Below, piece by piece: positions 45,486 through 47,913 of a stretch of 47,913 nucleotides of DNA. Origin of the DNA: an uncultured Methanosarcinales archaeon. GTDB lineage: Archaea > Nanobdellota > Nanobdellia > Woesearchaeales > CAZZGN01. Under the pieces are notes generated by a model. It made no database searches. It saw only the letters and a list, made by a program, of their open reading frames with translations, and had not been told where the DNA came from. A program made the position numbers and the translations under genes. Every line of letters starts with the position of its first letter. The first letter of the stretch is position 1. The stretch is from NCBI GenBank assembly GCA_964654165.1, contig CAZZGN010000001.1, positions 1-47,913 of the forward strand, written 5' to 3'.

Positions 45486-45778
45486 GCTACGTCCACTGCT
45501 CGTGATGCCCGTTTATTAATATTTACAGGTTCATCATCACAAGAAGAGGGAGGAGGGGTTATATTTGCGAGTACTTTAGTTAAGGTTTCATAAGCTTTTT
45601 CACTGGTTTCATCAGTGACTGTATAATGAGTAACGGAATAACCACCTGGGTCATTGCCATCAGAGTATCTGCAATGTTCTTCATAAATGCTGACCATACA
45701 CTTGTCTCCGCTATGTATTACTTCTTTCCATACCTGTTTCTCAGCCACTCTAGGTTCTTCTTTTTTAAATTTATCCAT
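45482..45778 (-). CDS. hypothetical protein in the small-terminase position
   Basis: ATG at 45778 (MDKFKKEEPR...) and an ATGA-type overlap with terL. No recognisable TerS motif. Confidence 0.35.
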   Translation of the reverse strand: MDKFKKEEPRVAEKQVWKEVIHSGDKCMVSIYEEHCRYSDGNDPGGYSVTHYTVTDETSEKAYETLTKVLANITPPPSSCDDEPVNINKRASRAVDVA

Positions 45779-45779
45779 A

Positions 45780-45917
45780 TTAATAATCCTGTGGTATCTT
45801 GATTGTTTTCTGTATTGTATCAACACATGTACCACAGATATGTCTACTTATTCCTATACGTGGTTGTAAAGGATATAGTATCTCATCCTTTTCAGAACAT
45901 AAATCGCATTCACTCAT
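45780..45917 (-). CDS. 45-aa zinc-ribbon mini-protein
   Basis: Hand-translated: MSECDLCSEKDEILYPLQPRIGISRHICGTCVDTIQKTIKIPQDY. It overlaps the upstream stop by 8 nt. Confidence 0.45.
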   Translation of the reverse strand: MSECDLCSEKDEILYPLQPRIGISRHICGTCVDTIQKTIKIPQDY

Positions 45918-46158
45918 CTTCTTCATACCCCTCTAAATAATAATCATCTAGCCATGTATCAGGCAGTCCTGTTTCACCATCATAAAGAAGGGTTAATTTA
46001 ATATCTATTCCTTCTGTGGTTGCCATTATTACCATATCCATTACATTACTAGGTTTAATCTCTCTACTTCGAAATGTCATCTTTAGATTCTCAAAGATAT
46101 CATCCCATGACTCACCATCTTCTACCATTAGATTCAACGTATGTTCTTCCATTCTCAT
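45910..46158 (-). CDS. hypothetical acidic protein
   Basis: 82-aa ORF in the operon string. Confidence 0.5.
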   Translation of the reverse strand: MRMEEHTLNLMVEDGESWDDIFENLKMTFRSREIKPSNVMDMVIMATTEGIDIKLTLLYDGETGLPDTWLDDYYLEGYEEDE

Positions 46159-46442
46159 TTCTTGTCTCCTCTACCTATTAGATATGCGTCTTCTATCTGC
46201 TGTACGAACTCACCTAAGTTAGCTTTAACACTTAAGCTTTGGTCTTTCTTTCTCATAATCTTAATCCATCTGATTAACTCAACTTCTTTATGTGACTTAG
46301 CAATCTTGGGCATTCCTTTCCAGGTTCCTCCATCAACCTGTCTTACTTGTTGCTTGACATCATCTAACTTATAGTTATGAGGAGAATTACCAACCCGTTT
46401 ATGTGGGTCTGTCATTGGAAGACCACTTATTCTTTCGTCCAT
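46155..46442 (-). CDS. hypothetical protein
   Basis: 95-aa ORF with a 4-nt overlap with the downstream gene. Confidence 0.5.
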   Translation of the reverse strand: MDERISGLPMTDPHKRVGNSPHNYKLDDVKQQVRQVDGGTWKGMPKIAKSHKEVELIRWIKIMRKKDQSLSVKANLGEFVQQIEDAYLIGRGDKK

Positions 46443-46621
46443 TCGTCACCTATCTTTCTGTATCCTGCTTTCTTTACTGCACCCCAAGCTATCTGTGCTG
46501 CGGTACCATCAGAGTTTGATGACTTATACCCACTGTTGAAGGCCGCCAGGTATATTTCTTGGGCTTTCTTTGGAAGCTGCTGGATAGCTGCCGGTAGGTC
46601 CCGTGTTGTTTTGTATGGCAT
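46427..46621 (-). CDS. ChaB-domain protein
   Basis: DLPAAIQQLPKKAQEIYLAAFNSGY...AAQIAWGAVKKAGYRKIGDEW matches the ChaB signature (LP...Aq.iy..afn...e..a..iAW.avK..y.K.gd.W). Confidence 0.65.
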   Translation of the reverse strand: MPYKTTRDLPAAIQQLPKKAQEIYLAAFNSGYKSSNSDGTAAQIAWGAVKKAGYRKIGDEWTKE

Positions 46622-46832
46622 TTTGTTTGTCTATATATTTAGCTTCTGCTAATCCATCATTGTGTAATTGTGCTTTACATTCTGGGCTATCGGGGTCACC
46701 ATCAGAAGTATATGTTACAGAGCACCCCATCAATGTCTCACATGACATAGTAACATTCTTTATGCGTGGATTCTTGTACAACTCATAAGCAGCTTTCTTA
46801 AGTTCTGCTTCCATATCAGATATGTAGTCCAT
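46524..46832 (-). CDS. hypothetical protein (3' end overlaps the ChaB gene out of frame)
   Basis: ATG at 46832 (MDYISDMEAELKK...). The last ~33 codons overlap the ChaB gene and look low-complexity. Confidence 0.35.
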   Translation of the reverse strand: MDYISDMEAELKKAAYELYKNPRIKNVTMSCETLMGCSVTYTSDGDPDSPECKAQLHNDGLAEAKYIDKQNAIQNNTGPTGSYPAASKESPRNIPGGLQQWV

Positions 46833-47017
46833 TATAGTGAAGTGGCGAGCATACGAACTGTTGCTTGTATTTGGCATATACAGAACAATTAAATACCAAC
46901 AATTCATGTGAATGGCTACCAACCAAGGCATTCAAAGTTTAAAACCAGTTCAAGCGTCGTATGCTGCCAAGTATATTATGGGTTTAGCATTTAAAAACTA
47001 TTAAGATTTATCTCACC

Positions 47018-47149
47018 TTAATCGCTATGCTTAATCAAACCGAATGGTTTAACGTTCATTACATACTCTTCATGGCAATCACTGCATGTTATATCTACAT
47101 TCACTTCATCCTGATTGTTACAATAGGGACATCGTATTCTTTTCTTCAT
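47018..47149 (-). CDS. 43-aa zinc-ribbon mini-protein
   Basis: Hand-translated: MKKRIRCPYCNNQDEVNVDITCSDCHEEYVMNVKPFGLIKHSD. TGAGGT lies 7 nt upstream of the ATG. Confidence 0.45.
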   Translation of the reverse strand: MKKRIRCPYCNNQDEVNVDITCSDCHEEYVMNVKPFGLIKHSD

Positions 47150-47189
47150 CTTATAACCTCATTACTTAGTGGTTGCTATTAATATATCA

Positions 47190-47281
47190 ATATAGCTATC
47201 GCTATATATGTATTATTGATTGTAAACGTATATAAATGGTTGTATACAACCATTAGGGAATATTTTCATAAATGAAAATAT
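47190..47281. promoter_or_regulatory. cluster of three perfect palindromes in a 150-nt intergenic region
   Basis: ATATAGC-tatc-GCTATAT at 47190-47207. AATGGTTGTATACAACCATT at 47235-47254 (perfect 20-mer). ATATTTTCAT-aa-ATGAAAATAT at 47260-47281. A TTTATATA box (minus strand) lies at 47229-47236. Confidence 0.45.
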
Positions 47282-47300
47282 GATAAATGGCTTTTAGAAG

Positions 47301-47906
47301 TTAGTTTTTCCCACCAATTACTAGTATCCTCTCAAAAGGAACAGCATCTTCAATTGGAAACTTCTTCATAACCACTGGTTTGAATTTCTTTAGCTTAGTT
47401 AATATTTCTTTTTCAGTAAATGCATGTGGTTCTGTTACTCTTGCTTCAGGTTGTAAGTTAAGATTAAATCTTATTTCCCCACCAGGCTTAAGTATTCTCC
47501 ACAATTCATCTAATGTTTGTTCTAAATTATCAACATGGTCTAAGGAATTTACAGACAAAATAACATCTACTGTTTTATCTAACAAAGGTATCTCTTCACA
47601 ACCACTTGCAAGATATATCATATCCTGTTTGCCACCCATCTTAAACAAATAATCATAAGCTTTAGCTAAAGGTTCAACACCATATTTAGTCTTTGCTTCA
47701 AAGTTATGTAATGTACCTCTAGGCCCACATCCAACATCCATAATCACTTTTCCTTTGTATGTATCTTTCTGTATCTGTAACATCTTACAATACCTCTTTG
47801 TAATCATTTCAAAATTACGGTCACTAAAATATGCTCCTCTCTTTTCTTCACAGTAAACTCTAGTCCAATAAGAAATCTCTGCCAACTCTTTAATGTCTGT
47901 TATCAT
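47301..47906 (-). CDS. class I SAM-dependent methyltransferase
   Basis: Motif I VIMDVGCGPRG, VDVILSVNSLDHV and LKPGGEIRF. 201 aa. Confidence 0.75.
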   Translation of the reverse strand: MITDIKELAEISYWTRVYCEEKRGAYFSDRNFEMITKRYCKMLQIQKDTYKGKVIMDVGCGPRGTLHNFEAKTKYGVEPLAKAYDYLFKMGGKQDMIYLASGCEEIPLLDKTVDVILSVNSLDHVDNLEQTLDELWRILKPGGEIRFNLNLQPEARVTEPHAFTEKEILTKLKKFKPVVMKKFPIEDAVPFERILVIGGKN

Positions 47907-47913
47907 TTTTTAT

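Overview
The window is visibly AT-rich and reads as a nearly complete genome of a tailed, HK97-fold, siphovirus-like virus. It has two convergent arms that meet at 14370-14373.

Plus-strand arm (1-14373): tightly packed early and replication genes.
- An OB-fold RPA-like protein, a RecA/KaiC-like ATPase, an MCM-like AAA+ ATPase and an Hjc/RecU-like resolvase.
- wHTH proteins, an SPPY DNA methyltransferase and an SPFH protein.
- At least 10 CxxC mini-proteins. Many are under 60 aa and absent from the ORF track; I translated these by hand.

Minus-strand arm (47906 down to 14370): the late genes.
- SAM-MTase, ChaB, TerL and portal.
- An unusual island: a collagen-like fibre gene, a beta-propeller and a four-module glycosyltransferase/methyltransferase.
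- A protease-scaffold-capsid fusion, then a second GT-MT-GT cluster.
- Head-tail connectors, a tail tube protein, G/T chaperones with an A8 slippery site, a tape measure, and Dit/Tal-like genes.
- Small beta-sandwich proteins and membrane (holin-like) proteins.

Two IS200/IS605-family elements are inserted. One is tnpA+tnpB at about 11040-12558. The other is a solo tnpB at about 30887-32096, antisense inside the late operon. They share an identical subterminal hairpin.

I could not recognise an integrase, DNA polymerase, tRNA, CRISPR array or cell-wall hydrolase.

The best candidate for something new is a virus-encoded, BclA-like G-X-Thr collagen fibre with its own multi-enzyme glycosylation and methylation machinery embedded in the head module. 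An archaeal host is suspected from gene content and promoter geometry, but this is unproven.

All family calls rest on motif recognition by eye. No database search was possible.
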